Shown: positions 1 to 18,140 of the stretch, piece by piece | Layout: each line of letters opens with the position of its first letter | How positions within the stretch are numbered: position 1 is the first letter of the stretch | Origin: Eledone cirrhosa | Lineage: Eukaryota | DNA: 62,695 bases | NCBI GenBank assembly: GCA_964016885.1 | Contig: CAXHJY010001247.1 | Coordinates: forward strand, 1 to 62,695 | Reading direction: 5' to 3' | Made by a program: the position numbers and the translations under genes | The notes under the pieces: model-generated | What the model saw: only the letters and a program-made list of their open reading frames with translations | Databases searched by the model: none | What the model was told of the DNA's origin: nothing

Positions 1-525
1 TTTAGGGAGCTGCTTCCTCTGTTGACGAAGAAGGGTTTCTCCCTGCGTACGAAAGGCCGGTTGTATGATGCCTGTGTGAGAAGCGCGATGCTGCATGGTA
101 GTGAGACATGGGCAGCTACCGCAGAAGATATGCGACGGCTGGAGAGAAATGAGGCAAGCATGCTCCGTTGGATGTGCAGTGTAAATGTGCGTGAACGACC
201 CAGCATAAATGTGTTGAGAGAGAAACTGTGTCTGAGAGGGATAGAATGTAGTGTACGGGAGAGGAGACTGAGGTGGTATGGACATGTGATGCGCATGGAG
301 GATGACCGATGGGTGAAGAAGTGCCAGGAAATGCCAGTTGAAGGAAGACGTGGTAGAGGTAGACCACGAAAAACATGGGCGGAGGTGGTGAGAACAGACC
401 TCAGATCATTGAAGCTCACGGTGGAGATGACGAGGGACCGTGACGAGTGGAGAGATGCTGTGCTGAATAAGACCCGTCCCACCCTTGCAAGCAGGGAAAA
501 GCGGACGTAAAATGATGATGATGAT
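1..525 (+). mobile_element. RTE-clade LINE family A, 3' end (runs off window start)
   Basis: ORF 22-510 has RTE C-terminal motifs ([28 protein letters not shown]). The stop codon is followed directly by a (TGA)n tail. Nearly identical to the reverse complement of 33990-34525. Confidence 0.93.
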
Positions 526-2428
<1,903 letters not shown>

Positions 2429-2917
2429 AGTATACCACCAGTACATCAAATTAACAATAATATCTCCTCAAATACAGAATTAACGAAAGGATGTAACTGT
2501 AGAAACAAAACAAACTGCCCATTAAAAGGGAATTGTCTTGTTAACAACATAGTCTATAAATGTAATGTTAAAACTAAAGATTCTATTTGCTCATATATAG
2601 GAGCTACCTCTAACAATTTTAAGACAAGGTTTAATACCCACAAACATAGTTTTAAAAATGCCGCACTGGCTAATACAACATCTCTAGCAGAAAAAATCAA
2701 TAGTTATAAAAATAAGAATATAAAATATGATTTGACCTGGAGTGTGCTCAAAAGAGCCACCCCTTATCAAAATAATAGAAAGGAATGTAGATTATGTTCC
2801 CAAGAACTTTTTGAAATAATGAAGTCTAAGGATATCTTATTAAATAAACGACAGGAATTAATTATATCGTGTAATCATAAACTAAAAAAAACATTTAAAT
2901 ATTATAAACCTAATTAA
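2429..2917 (+). pseudogene. PLE C-terminal GIY-YIG endonuclease fragment with CxCx5C linker
   Basis: [20 protein letters not shown]...SYIGAT, KTRFNTH, CRLC, LLNKRQE; open to the stop at 2917. Confidence 0.88.
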
Positions 2918-4626
2918 TAACATTATTCTAGAAATTAATTTAATTTAAATGTTAGTTAACCTATAAATTTAATTTAATTAATATTTTATTACAGATGAGA
3001 AAATATTATGTAATCATAAATTGTGAAAAACCTTTAAATATTACTAATATATACTTAGTAATTTAATTTATAGATTAATTTTAATTTATTTAAACCTTTT
3101 ATTATAATTCTTTTACAGATAAAATATAACAAAATAATATCATGTATCCAATGACGGAGAAAGAATTTTTAGTATTATAGACCTAATTAATATACATTTT
3201 GGAAATATATTTATTATTTGGTTTTAGTTTTAATCAACCTAAAACTTTAATTTTAATTTGCTTAAAATTAGTATCCTTATACAGACGAATTGCAGAATGT
3301 CATGTAATCATAGAATGGGATGTGTTTTGGATATATACCTAGTTAATATATTCTGTGCAATTTTTTGAAAAAGATATGTATATGTATATGTATATGTATA
3401 TGTGTGTGTTGTGTATGTGTATCTGTATGTATGTTTATGTGTGTATATATGTATATATGTGTATATATATGTATATATATATATATATGTGTGTATATGT
3501 ATGTATATGTGTATGTGTATGTATATGTATATGTATGCGTATTAATTTTGATTTTTATTTGCATATAATTATATTATGCTATTGATGAAATACAATATCT
3601 GCTTTATGTATTGTATACCTAATTAACATATACTAATTAACGTATACTATTGAAATAAATATATAATTTTTAATTTAGTTAACATATAATTTATATGCTA
3701 CTACCGATGTAATACTTTATTTTATTTTTATTTGGGTTTCTTTTCCCTATTACTAAATTCATCTTCTAATATTGATACCATAACGTTATTAACTTTAATT
3801 TAGTTATAATGTAATTAATAATCTACTACTGTTTGACTTCAAAATTCTGCTTCAAATATTATAAACCTAACTAATTTACACCTTAGAAATCAATATGTTG
3901 ACTATCTTTGGTTTAGTTAACATATGATTAATGGTATACTTATTTATTTTGAGATGCATAGATTTCGTATTTCCTAGCACTGAAAATATGTAAGAACATA
4001 CATTGAATTAAGATACGGAAAATATTATATGTTTCTTGAAACATATATTTACTTTGATCCCCTTCTCCAAACCCCCCCTTTCCCCCATACTATTATCATC
4101 TGTATTTGTAAGCGTCTATGTATGAATATATATGTAGGTAGGTGTCTATATAGGTTTGGGTATTTATATCTAAATATAAAAATACATATATGAGCATGCA
4201 AATATGAATGTAAGATTGTGTGTGTATATATGATTGTACATACATATGTATGTATATATATGTATATATATGTATTATATATGTATGTGTATGTGAACGT
4301 GTTGTATGTATATGTGTATGTATGTGTATATATGTGTATGTATGTGTATGCTTGTATATATAGGAATATATATATGTGTATATATGTATGTATATGTATA
4401 TGCGTGTATGTATGTATGTGTATATGTGTTGTGTATATATATGTATGTCTCTCTATTTATATGTTTATCTTCGTATCTATGTGATATATATGTGTGTGTG
4501 TGTGCACGTATGCATATGTATGTGTTTGTGTGTGTGTATATATGTGTGTGTGCGCACACTCACATACACATATATATATATATATATGTGAGTGTGTATG
4601 TGTGTCTGTGTGTGTGTGTGTGTGTG

Positions 4627-4672
<46 letters not shown>

Positions 4673-5098
4673 GATATATATATATATATATATATATAGG
4701 TGTCTATGTGTGAATATATGTCTTTATTCGTATGTGTGTATTTATGTATGTATATATTTATGTGTATGTATGTATGTGTATGTATGTATGTATATATATA
4801 TATATATATATATGTATATGTATTATATATATGTATATTATTCTTTATTATTATTGTAATATAACTTATGTGTATATGTGTATAAGTGAGGTTGTGTATG
4901 TATATATAATATGTGTATATATAAGAGTAATGAAATATATATATATATATATATGTGCATGTCGGTTTTTTATGTGTGTGTATATGTATATATATGTGTA
5001 TATATATATATATATGTATACGTGTGTGTATATAGATATATATATATATATACATGTGGGTGTTTGTATGTGTATTTATGGTGGTATGAGTGTGTTAT

Positions 5099-5133
<35 letters not shown>

Positions 5134-5147
5134 TCTATGTGTGTGTG

Positions 5148-5180
<33 letters not shown>

Positions 5181-5524
5181 GTATATGTATGTGTATATAT
5201 ATGTGTGTGTATGTATATATATATATGTGTATGTATGTGTGTGTATATATATATATCTCTATTAATGCGTGTGTGTATGTATATACATATGCGTTTTTTT
5301 ATTATTATTTTCATTTGTATGTCTGAGTTTGGTGAGGTGGTATTGTTTTTTATGTATATACACATATATGGAAGCGTATGTATTTATTTATATGAGTATA
5401 AGTAGGTGCATATGTATGTATGATTATATATCTAATTCTATGTATGAAGGTACATCTATATATATATATATATATATACGTGTGTATGTAAGTTGTGTGT
5501 GTATGTATCTTTATGTCTATGTGA

Positions 5525-5572
<48 letters not shown>

Positions 5573-5661
5573 CGATGTGCGTATATGTATGTACATGTAT
5601 GTACATGTATGTGTGTATGTATGTGTATGTATATTTAGATGTATGTGTATGTATATGTATA

Positions 5662-5728
<67 letters not shown>

Positions 5729-6545
5729 ATATATATATATATGGATATATATCTTTATTATCTATTTTTTATATATATGTGTATGTGTGTATGTGTTGCG
5801 CGTGTGTGTGTGTATATATATATCTTTTTATATGTGTATGTGTATGTTCGTGTAAGTGTATGTGTGTGTATGACTGTATATGTATGTGTGTATGTGTGTA
5901 TGCGTAAATATCTCTATGTGCGCGTACATGTATGTATGTGTATATATATCTGTATGTGTATGTACATTATATTATATTTATTATATTTTATTGTTTTTAT
6001 TTTTTATTTTTCTTAATTTATAGATACATTTATATTAGGCAGTCTGCTCAGACAATTGAATACTGACCCCTCCCCCCCCTCCCACCTAATTTCTGTATCT
6101 TGATCTTGAAATGTGTGTGCCAGTGTTTTATGTGAGTGACTTAATTTCTATGTGCTTATGATTTTATATCCACATATATAAATGTGAGTGGGGGAGTGTG
6201 TGTGTTTGTATGTTTGTGTTATGTGTATATTTATGCATATACGCGCATGTATGTGTGATTATACTGATATGTGTGAGTATGAAAAAATATATTTATATGC
6301 TTGACTCCATAAGTATCAATGCACATCTTATCAGCGCATTAAGCTTACAGAGATATTAACCTTGAAATTTTGTGTTTGCATCCATCTTTTTAGTATGCGC
6401 ATACAAATTATACACACATTATTGTAAAATATGTGTAAGGATTTTACATGTATATACACACACCGAACTGCTTTTAACCCTTTGTGTTTTCATTGGTCAA
6501 TTTTGAACTGATATTTTGAATTGTTGTTATTATCAATAAATATAC

Positions 6546-6700
6546 TTCATTATTTCTGAAGACGGCGTATATATGTGTTAGGTATGTATATTTAATCTTG
6601 ATAATTTGTATAATTTTGTATAATTTTGTACATAGATCTGTTGAATATGCATACCAATTATAACACATATATACCCTAGAAACGATCGTTAAATAGTGAA
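6546..6700 (+). ncRNA. Type I hammerhead ribozyme with very long stem II
   Basis: Stem I ttcattattt/aaatagtgaa. CTGAAGA at 6556-6562. Stem II gtatatatgtgtta/taacacatatatac plus ggtatgtatatttaa/ttgaatatgcatacc. GAAA at 6679-6682, palindromic stem III ACGATCGT, GUU cleavage triplet. The stem II closing pair is mismatched. Confidence 0.85.
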
Positions 6701-6754
6701 CTTTTTTTGTTTAATATAAGGAATTGTTTGTTCATTATTTGTTTAATATTTTAT

Positions 6755-9968
<3,214 letters not shown>

Positions 9969-10444
9969 GTTGTTATACTTTGGGAGGGTCATGTTGCCAA
10001 TAAGAAACACACGCACCAGTTGCTTTCACTTCAATTTAATTTAATATATATTTATAAATTTACAAATTTATAAATTTCTGGTTGGTTGGTTGGTTCCACA
10101 ACCAGATAGTTGTTTATATATATATAGTCATAGTTCTTTCGTCACACACTCTGTGACTATATATATATGACTATATATATATAAACTATGACTATATATA
10201 TATGACTATATATATATATAACTATGACTATATATATATAAACAACTATCTGGTTGTGGAACCAACCAACCAACCAGAAATTTATAAATTTGTAAATTTA
10301 TAAATATATATTAAATTAAATTGAAGTGAAAGCAACTGGTGCGTGTGTTTCTTATTGGCAACATGACCCTCCCAAAGTATAACAATATCGGTTTCAACAC
10401 ACGATTTCAGATAAAGAATCTTGCTAAACAAATTCAGAAACGAA
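9969..10444. mobile_element. Inverted (fold-back) PLE pseudo-LTR fragment with a putative ORF start and half a hammerhead
   Basis: Arms of about 165 bp (about 9970-10135 and 10220-10385) are reverse complements. Both read outward as MTLPKYNNI..., homologous to 45205(-). The minus strand 10157-10126 reads gtcaca-gagtg-tgtgac GAAA GAAC TA tgact, the 3' half of an HHR. Confidence 0.65.
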
Positions 10445-10467
10445 ATATATATATATGTATATATATG

Positions 10468-10519
<52 letters not shown>

Positions 10520-10523
10520 TAGG

Positions 10524-10570
<47 letters not shown>

Positions 10571-10735
10571 GTATATATATGTATATATATATATATGTAT
10601 ATATATATATGTATATATATGTATATATATGTATATATATGTATATATATATGTATATATATATATATGTATATATATGTATATGTATATATATGTATAT
10701 GTATATATATGTATATATGTATATGTATATATGTG

Positions 10736-10798
<63 letters not shown>

Positions 10799-10879
10799 GT
10801 ATATATATGTATATATATATATATGTATATATATATATGTATATATATGTATATATATGTATATATATGTATATATATG

Positions 10880-10910
<31 letters not shown>

Positions 10911-10967
10911 GTATATATATGTATATGTATATATATGTATATGTATATATATGTATATATATATATG

Positions 10968-10998
<31 letters not shown>

Positions 10999-11215
10999 GT
11001 ATATATATGTATATATATGTATATATATATATATGTATATATATGTATATATATGTATGTATATGTATATATGTGTATATATATATATATGTGTATATAT
11101 ATGTATATGTATATGTGTATATATATGTATGTGTATATGTGTATATATATATATATGTGTATATATATGTATGTGTATATGTGTATATATATATATATGT
11201 GTATATATATATATG

Positions 11216-11247
<32 letters not shown>

Positions 11248-11250
11248 TGT

Positions 11251-11284
<34 letters not shown>

Positions 11285-11484
11285 GTATATATATGTATAT
11301 ATATATATATGTATATATATGTATATATATATATATGTATATATATGTATATATGTGTATATATATATGTATATATATGTATATATGTGTATATATATAT
11401 GTGTATATATATATATATGTATATATATATATGTATATATATATATCTATGTATATATATATGTATATGTATGTATATATATAT

Positions 11485-11525
<41 letters not shown>
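10445..11525. repeat. G-interrupted (TA)n microsatellite
   Basis: Direct reading of the sequence. Confidence 0.98.
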
Positions 11526-14188
11526 CTCTTTTACTCTTTCACCTGTTTCAGCCATCCGGCTGAGGCCATGCTGGGGCACCGCCCTTGTTGCTACACATTT
11601 TATCTCCAGCCTGTATAGGTTGGCCACTGGTGTAGGAGGGAGTTTGTTGCTGCTGCCCTTAGGTTTCCCTCGTGTCTTGCTGTGGGCTCATCCGGGATCC
11701 TGGATAACAAGGTGTCGAGATGTTTCTTAAAGACATCCACCCCCACGTCATGCAAGTCTCTCAGATGCCTCGGCAGCCTGTTGAAGAGTTGAGGGCCCTT
11801 GAATCCCAGGCTATTGCAATACCTGCTTCTTATTCTAGATGTGGAAGACGGGACCTTTGGCACCACACAGTGACGTCCTGTTCGACGGTTGGTCCAGCTC
11901 CCAATGCCAAAGTTTGGTGCTAGTCCCTCCAGGATTTTCCACATGTAGATCACTGCGTATCTCTCCCGTCTTCGCTCCAAGGAGTAGAGGTTCCGTTCCT
12001 TTAGCCTCTCCCAGTAGCTTGTCTCCCTCATCTTGGCAATCCTCTTGGTGTAGCTTTGCTGGATTGCCTCAAGCTCCGTGGTTAGTTTGACACTATGGGG
12101 TGACCACAGCTGGGAGCAGTAGTCCAGGCGGCTTAGGACAAAAGTCCTCCACAGTGTCAACATGGTGTCTCGATCTCTTGTAAGGAAAGACCTCAAGATC
12201 CAGCCAGCGAATCGTCTACATGTTGTCGCCACCTTCATGATGTGTGAAGAAAAAGATGCATCATCGCTTATGTCTATGCCCAGGTCTCGTATCGATTTTG
12301 ACACGGGGATATCGATCCCTCCTGGTCCTGTGTAGCTGTGCTCCTCTATATTTGTGTTTGCAGGTTTGTATTGTAGGGCTTCGAATTTGCCAGCATTAAA
12401 CTGCATGTTGTTTTCTTCCGCCCATCTGTATATGGCATCCAGATCCTGCTGTAAAAGGGCAGTGTCAGCCGGGTTTTTGATTGCCTGTGCTACCTTAGTG
12501 TCATCAGCATAGCTAGTGAGGGATGTTGTTGCATGCACCACAGAGGGCATGTCCGAGAGAGCCACCAAAAACAGTAGTGGTCCCAGGACTGTCCCCTGGG
12601 GCACCCCACTTGTTATCGGTGTTTCCCTCGAGAGTGCCCCCATTTGCTGCGACTGCCTGGCTTCTGTCCCTTAGGAAGCCATGCAGCCACTCACCTACTT
12701 TTCCAGTTATGCCCAGTCCGTGTAGTTTGTGACATATCATTCCGTGGTCGACCTTGTCAAAGGCCTTCGCAAAGTCAAGATATATCACGTCCACATGTGA
12801 GCTGTCTAGTAGTTGTCTCAGTACCCAGTCGTAGTGATGTAGCAGCTGTGTAAGGCAGCTTCTTCCTGGGCGGAAGCCATGTTGCATGCTAGTCAGGCGG
12901 TCATTTTCTTCGAGGAAAGTGATTAGTTTCTTTCTGACGACTCGCTCCATGACCTTACTGATATGCGACGTCAGGGAGACTGGCCTCCGTTCTTGGCCTC
13001 CGCTCTACTACCTCCTTTATGGATAGGGCATATTGTGCCTTCTTTCAGCTCCCTGGGTAGTACACCGCTAGCCAAGGAGCTTCTGAAGAGCATCTTCAGT
13101 GGAGTTGCTAAGGCCCGCTTACATATTTTTAGGTCCAGCAGCCGAGTCTGTTCTAATTTCATCAATGGTGTACATCACATCCTCCTCCGTTATGTCTATG
13201 TGGTTGATGGTTGCCATTTCTTGATGTAGTGTTGTGGCATCAAAGAACTCCTCTGGCTTCGTTATTTGCATGTGCCTCAGTGGACATGTGAAGACACTTT
13301 TGTACTGTTCGTTCAGTATTTCACATATCTCTTGGGGATTTTCGGTTAATGAACCGTCCGTGTGGAAGAGTGGCCCAATCTTGCAGTGTACTGAGGCAGT
13401 TTCTTTTGCAAATTTAAAGAAGGCTTTAGGGTTTGTTTTAATGTTTTCTATGGCCCTGTTCTCTTTCTTTGCCCTCTCATTCTCATGTGAAAGTTTGAGT
13501 GCAATCTCGGTGTCAAGTAGTGCACGTTTCAAATAGGATTCCTTCTTGTTTTTGTTTTGTTGACTATTCAACTGGTTTGAGAGTTTAGTTCTACATCTCA
13601 TAAGGATTTTCCTATCTCTGGGAATAAGATTTTTGTGTCTGTTTGCCTCTTTCTCCGGGACACACTTTTTGCATATGGTGTGTATCATTGTCATGAAGTG
13701 TTGAAATTGTGTGTTAGTGTCTTGTGTGGCGGTGTTTTCACTCCATGTTTGCTTCCGGATTTCACTCTTAATCTTTTTCCAGTTAGCCTTGTAGAAGTTA
13801 AGGTTGGATAATGTCCCTGAGCTTCTTGGTGGTTTTGTCTCTGTTGGTTCTCTTGGACCACATATCATTAGCTCTACTAAGTTATGATCCGAGAGAATTG
13901 TTGGTGTCACCTTTACATTGTGGATGAGCACTTCGTTGTTTGTAAAACAGAGGTCCAGGACATTTTCGCTTCTTGTTGGGAGGAGTATTGCTTGCTCCAT
14001 GAACAGCCTGTGTGTGACGGCCAGCAGGGATTCCGTCTGTCTCTGTTCTATTGACGTCATTCCAGGGAGGAGGTGGCCCTCAGGCCATTTGACCTTTGGT
14101 AGGTTGAAGTCTCCCAGCAGTAGAATGTTGAGACCCTGGTCCAGTTTGTCAAGGACCTCTTCTATCCTACTTAGGCTATGCTCAAATT
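11526..14188 (-). mobile_element. CR1-group LINE, 5'-truncated inside the APE endonuclease, frameshifted ORF2
   Basis: Fragments 14060-13119, 13165-12971, 12950-12513 and 12643-11600 carry QHGFRPGRSCLTQL, YLDFAKAFDKVDH, SGVPQGTVLGPLLF, YADDTK and YSLERRR. An [12 protein letters not shown] motif lies near 14100-14125. The 3' tail is ...gctgaaacaggtgaaagagtaaaagag. Confidence 0.9.
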
Positions 14189-14261
14189 GTATATATATGT
14201 ATATATATATGTATATATATATATGTATATATGTATATATATATATGTATATATATATATG

Positions 14262-14293
<32 letters not shown>

Positions 14294-14331
14294 TGTATGT
14301 ATATATATATATATGTATATTTATTAAAATA

Positions 14332-14407
14332 ACAGATTAAAGTTTAAGCAAAGAATCGCTGCTTTCACCCTTAACGGGATCTTCTGAAACTAACAAAGTC
14401 AATCTGT
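14332..14407 (-). ncRNA. Hammerhead-like ribozyme with non-canonical CAGAAGA core
   Basis: Minus strand: acagattga-ctttgtt-agttt CAGAAGA t-ccc-gttaa-ggg-t GAAA gca-gcgattctt-tgc TT aaact-ttaatctgt. All three stems form. Confidence 0.72.
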
Positions 14408-15287
14408 AAACGCAGAACTGGATATTTCAAAAAACGTTGCAGCCGGAGGAAGACAGGAAGACGATTCTTTGGTTCGTGGTAACGTTCGCTGGCAAAGAAC
14501 GGGAAAAAACGAATAATACGTCATTAATAGGAGCGGTGAAAAACAATTACGTGCAAGGACAGAACCACGTTTATGGTATAAAAGAGGTCGTAGACTAATG
14601 TTCTCTAAGTGGTGCATAGAGACGTTCTCTGGCAATGAACGAAAAAACGAAGATAATAAGTCATATGTGGAGCGTGGAGAACAATAGCGTGCAAAGACAA
14701 AACCATGTAAATGGTATAGCAGAAGTCGTAGACTAAAATTCTAACTAGGAGACCGAATGAATCTCCGCTACAGAGTTAAGAACAAAGTAAATAAATACAA
14801 TACAGAAGTAATAGGAACAAATAAATACATACACAAGCATACGCAAAACCTTACCATAGGTATACAAAACCACGCACATATAAATATGTGTATGTGTGTA
14901 TGCTTGTGTACAAATAAATAAATATAAACGTATATAAGTAAATAAATACATATATAACAAGCGCACACACATACCTACAAATAAATACATGAAGGTTCGG
15001 AGACGTAAGTCAACTAAAACAAGAAGTACACATATACACACACCCACCATACGTACGAGCCTGCATACTCACGCAGACGCAAAACTCCTATATACACATA
15101 ACCAAGCCCTAAATACCAGAATATGTAAAAATTATACGCCAAAACAGTCAAATATACGTACGAGAAAGTATACGTACCTTCACAAAACATACGGGTAATA
15201 TATACTTACCTATGCAAATAAGTAAAGGAATAAACAAAACATACTTAGCTCCCACATCAAGACGTAAATATCCACGTATAGATCGTG

Positions 15288-16200
15288 CTATCCGTTAGGG
15301 TATAACGTAGGGCTGTAATACAGGAAAGTTTTGTGCAATTTATGTTTACAAGCCGAAATTGCCTCAGATTTTTTGTTTAAGATGTGGTCTGTGGCGTAGA
15401 GTATTTCCAGGGCCTCAGCCGGGCAGACGTCACATGGTCTTTTATTCCCGTTATCCGATCTAGCCCTAGCTAGGATCTCCCAGTGTAACTTATATTGGGT
15501 GTGGTTGTCTTTTAGACTCCAGATATAAGCTGAAAGTGACGTCATATTCCTTCTTAGAGGGTAACGAAAAGAATGGGTATGCATGTAAAGACGCTGCTTG
15601 AAACTATTGGCGGTTAACCCTATGTAGGCCCTACGGGACGTGGGTGTTACAACCTTACATTTGTAGACAATGTTACTAGAGAGGCATTTCCCGGATAGGG
15701 GACAATCAGCCCGATTCCTACAATTACAGTTAGTACTAACTACAGGGTTGCACGTGTTCCTACGGCTAGGTATTTTAGCTAAATTTGAAGCTGTGATGTT
15801 ATGTGCAAGGTTAGGAGTCGTTGAGTAAGAAATTTTAATAGTGTTTCTATTAAAAATTTTACTATATTTATGTGTAGGGGGAAAATGCTTCGTAATAAGG
15901 GAAAGAAAGATCTTAGCTAATGGTGTGGCCACCTCCATATTATATGGTGGGTTAAACCAACAAATGCGACGGGATCTATTTCTTCTAGGTCTATTTTCGT
16001 ACTCTGTATATGCTACCTTATCGACAAATCCACTTCGAGCAAGAGCTTCATTGTAATAAGTGGAATGGTCGTTGAAAATGCGCTCGTTGGTGGAAAGACG
16101 GGAAAGCCTCAACGAAACGTTTTTTACCAGGTTCTTGATTATGCTGGCAGGATGGTTGGAATGCTTACTTATGTAATTAAGCGTATCATTCGGCTTTCTA
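15288..16200 (-). pseudogene. PLE ORF 3' part: RT thumb, CxCx5C linker, GIY-YIG endonuclease
   Basis: YRKPN...SNHP...RLSRLS, WFNPPY, HFP...[33 protein letters not shown]...[18 protein letters not shown]. The frame is uninterrupted. Confidence 0.92.
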
Positions 16201-16210
16201 TATGTATATG

Positions 16211-16280
<70 letters not shown>

Positions 16281-16423
16281 TGTATATATATGTATGTATA
16301 TATATATATATGTATATATATATATGTATGTATATATATATATATGTATGTATATATATATGTGTATATATATATGTATATATATATATATATGTATATA
16401 TATATGTATATATATATATGTAT

Positions 16424-16479
<56 letters not shown>

Positions 16480-16660
16480 GTATATGTATATGTATATATA
16501 TATATGTATGTATATATATATATATATGTATGTATATATATATATATATGTATATATATATGTGTATATATATGTATATATATATGTGTATATATATGTA
16601 TATATATATGTATATATATATATATATGTATATATATGTATATGTATATATATATATATG

Positions 16661-16741
<81 letters not shown>

Positions 16742-16878
16742 GTATATATATATATGTATATATATATGTATATATATATGTATATATATATATATGTATA
16801 TATATATATGTATATATATATATATGTATATGTATATATATGTATATGTATATATATGTATATGTATATATATATATG

Positions 16879-16909
<31 letters not shown>

Positions 16910-17156
16910 GTATATGTATATATATGTATATATATATATGTATATATATATATGTATATATATATATATGTATATGTATATATATGTATATGTATATATA
17001 TATATGTATATATATATATATGTATATATATATGTATATATATGTATGTATATATATATATATATATGTATATGTGTATGTATATATATATATATATATA
17101 TGTATATGTATATATATATATGTATATATATATATATGTATGTATATATATATATG

Positions 17157-17203
<47 letters not shown>

Positions 17204-17222
17204 GTATGTATATATATATATG

Positions 17223-17269
<47 letters not shown>

Positions 17270-17535
17270 GTATGTATATATATATATGTATATATATATA
17301 TGTATATATATGTATATATATGTATGTATATATATGTATATATATGTATGTATATATATGTATATATATATATGTATATATATGTATATATATATATGTA
17401 TATGTATATATATGTATATATATATATGTATATATATGTATATATATGTATATATATGTATATATATGTATATGTATGTATATGTATATATATATATGTA
17501 TATATATATGTATATATATATATGTATATATATAT
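16201..17535. repeat. G-interrupted (TA)n microsatellite
   Basis: Direct reading of the sequence. Confidence 0.98.
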
Positions 17536-18023
17536 GTGAATATAGACATAGAATATTCGAAAATATTCTGTATGTTTATAATAAACATTTTGAAGACCTA
17601 ATCGCTATAGAATAGAATACGTCACGTATTACAATTAGATTCTCGATAAAAGCAAGGGAAGTAATCTACGCGTTTCATTCTTATTAGAAATCTTCAGGAC
17701 TACATATCCAGTGCTTTTATCGAGAATGACACAGCTAGAGACTTATAGAATACTTAGCTGTGTACAGGAACTGGTTTGAAAGAGCGGTTGCCGGTCCGGC
17801 AGAAATTAGAAATTGGAATAAATGCTCTGAAATAGCGATATATATGTGAATATAGACATAGAATATTCGAAAATATTCTGTATGTTTATAATAAACATTT
17901 TGAAGACCTAATCGCTATAGAATAGATCTTCAAAATGTTTATTATAAACATACAGAATATTTTCGAATATTCTATGTCTATATTCACATATATATCGCTA
18001 TTTCAGAGCATTTATTCCAATTT
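17536..18023 (-). mobile_element. 310-bp retrozyme-like unit: about 1.26 tandem copies plus an inverted segment of about 100 bp
   Basis: gtgaatatagacatag... occurs at 17536 and 17846 (period 310). Inversion starts at about 17927. Non-coding, contains an HHR, flanked by (TA)n. Confidence 0.8.
17661..17703 (-). ncRNA. Minimal type I hammerhead ribozyme
   Basis: Minus strand: gtagtc CTGAAGA t-ttct-aata-agaa-t GAAA CGCG TA gattac. Palindromic stem III, GUA site. Enclosed by a 16-bp inverted repeat at 17639-17654/17712-17727. Confidence 0.9.
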
Positions 18024-18024
18024 G

Positions 18025-18065
<41 letters not shown>

Positions 18066-18104
18066 GTATATATATATATGTATATATATATATGTATATA
18101 TATG

Positions 18105-18140
<36 letters not shown>

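Larger units (their letters stand above)
2429..6754 (+). mobile_element. Penelope-like element 1, 5'-truncated: GIY-YIG end, long microsatellite-rich 3' region and terminal hammerhead
   Basis: ORF end at 2429-2917 and a same-strand HHR at 6546-6700, after which unique sequence ends in (TA)n at about 6754. Continuity across the 3.6-kb interval is inferred. Confidence 0.7.
14319..16200 (-). mobile_element. Penelope-like element 2, 5'-truncated (RT thumb, GIY-YIG, 3' UTR, hammerhead)
   Basis: ORF 16200-15288, then a 3' UTR with a degenerate duplication of about 140 bp (about 14480-14598 vs 14620-14737), an HHR at 14332-14407 and AATAAA. Both ends abut (TA)n. Confidence 0.9.
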
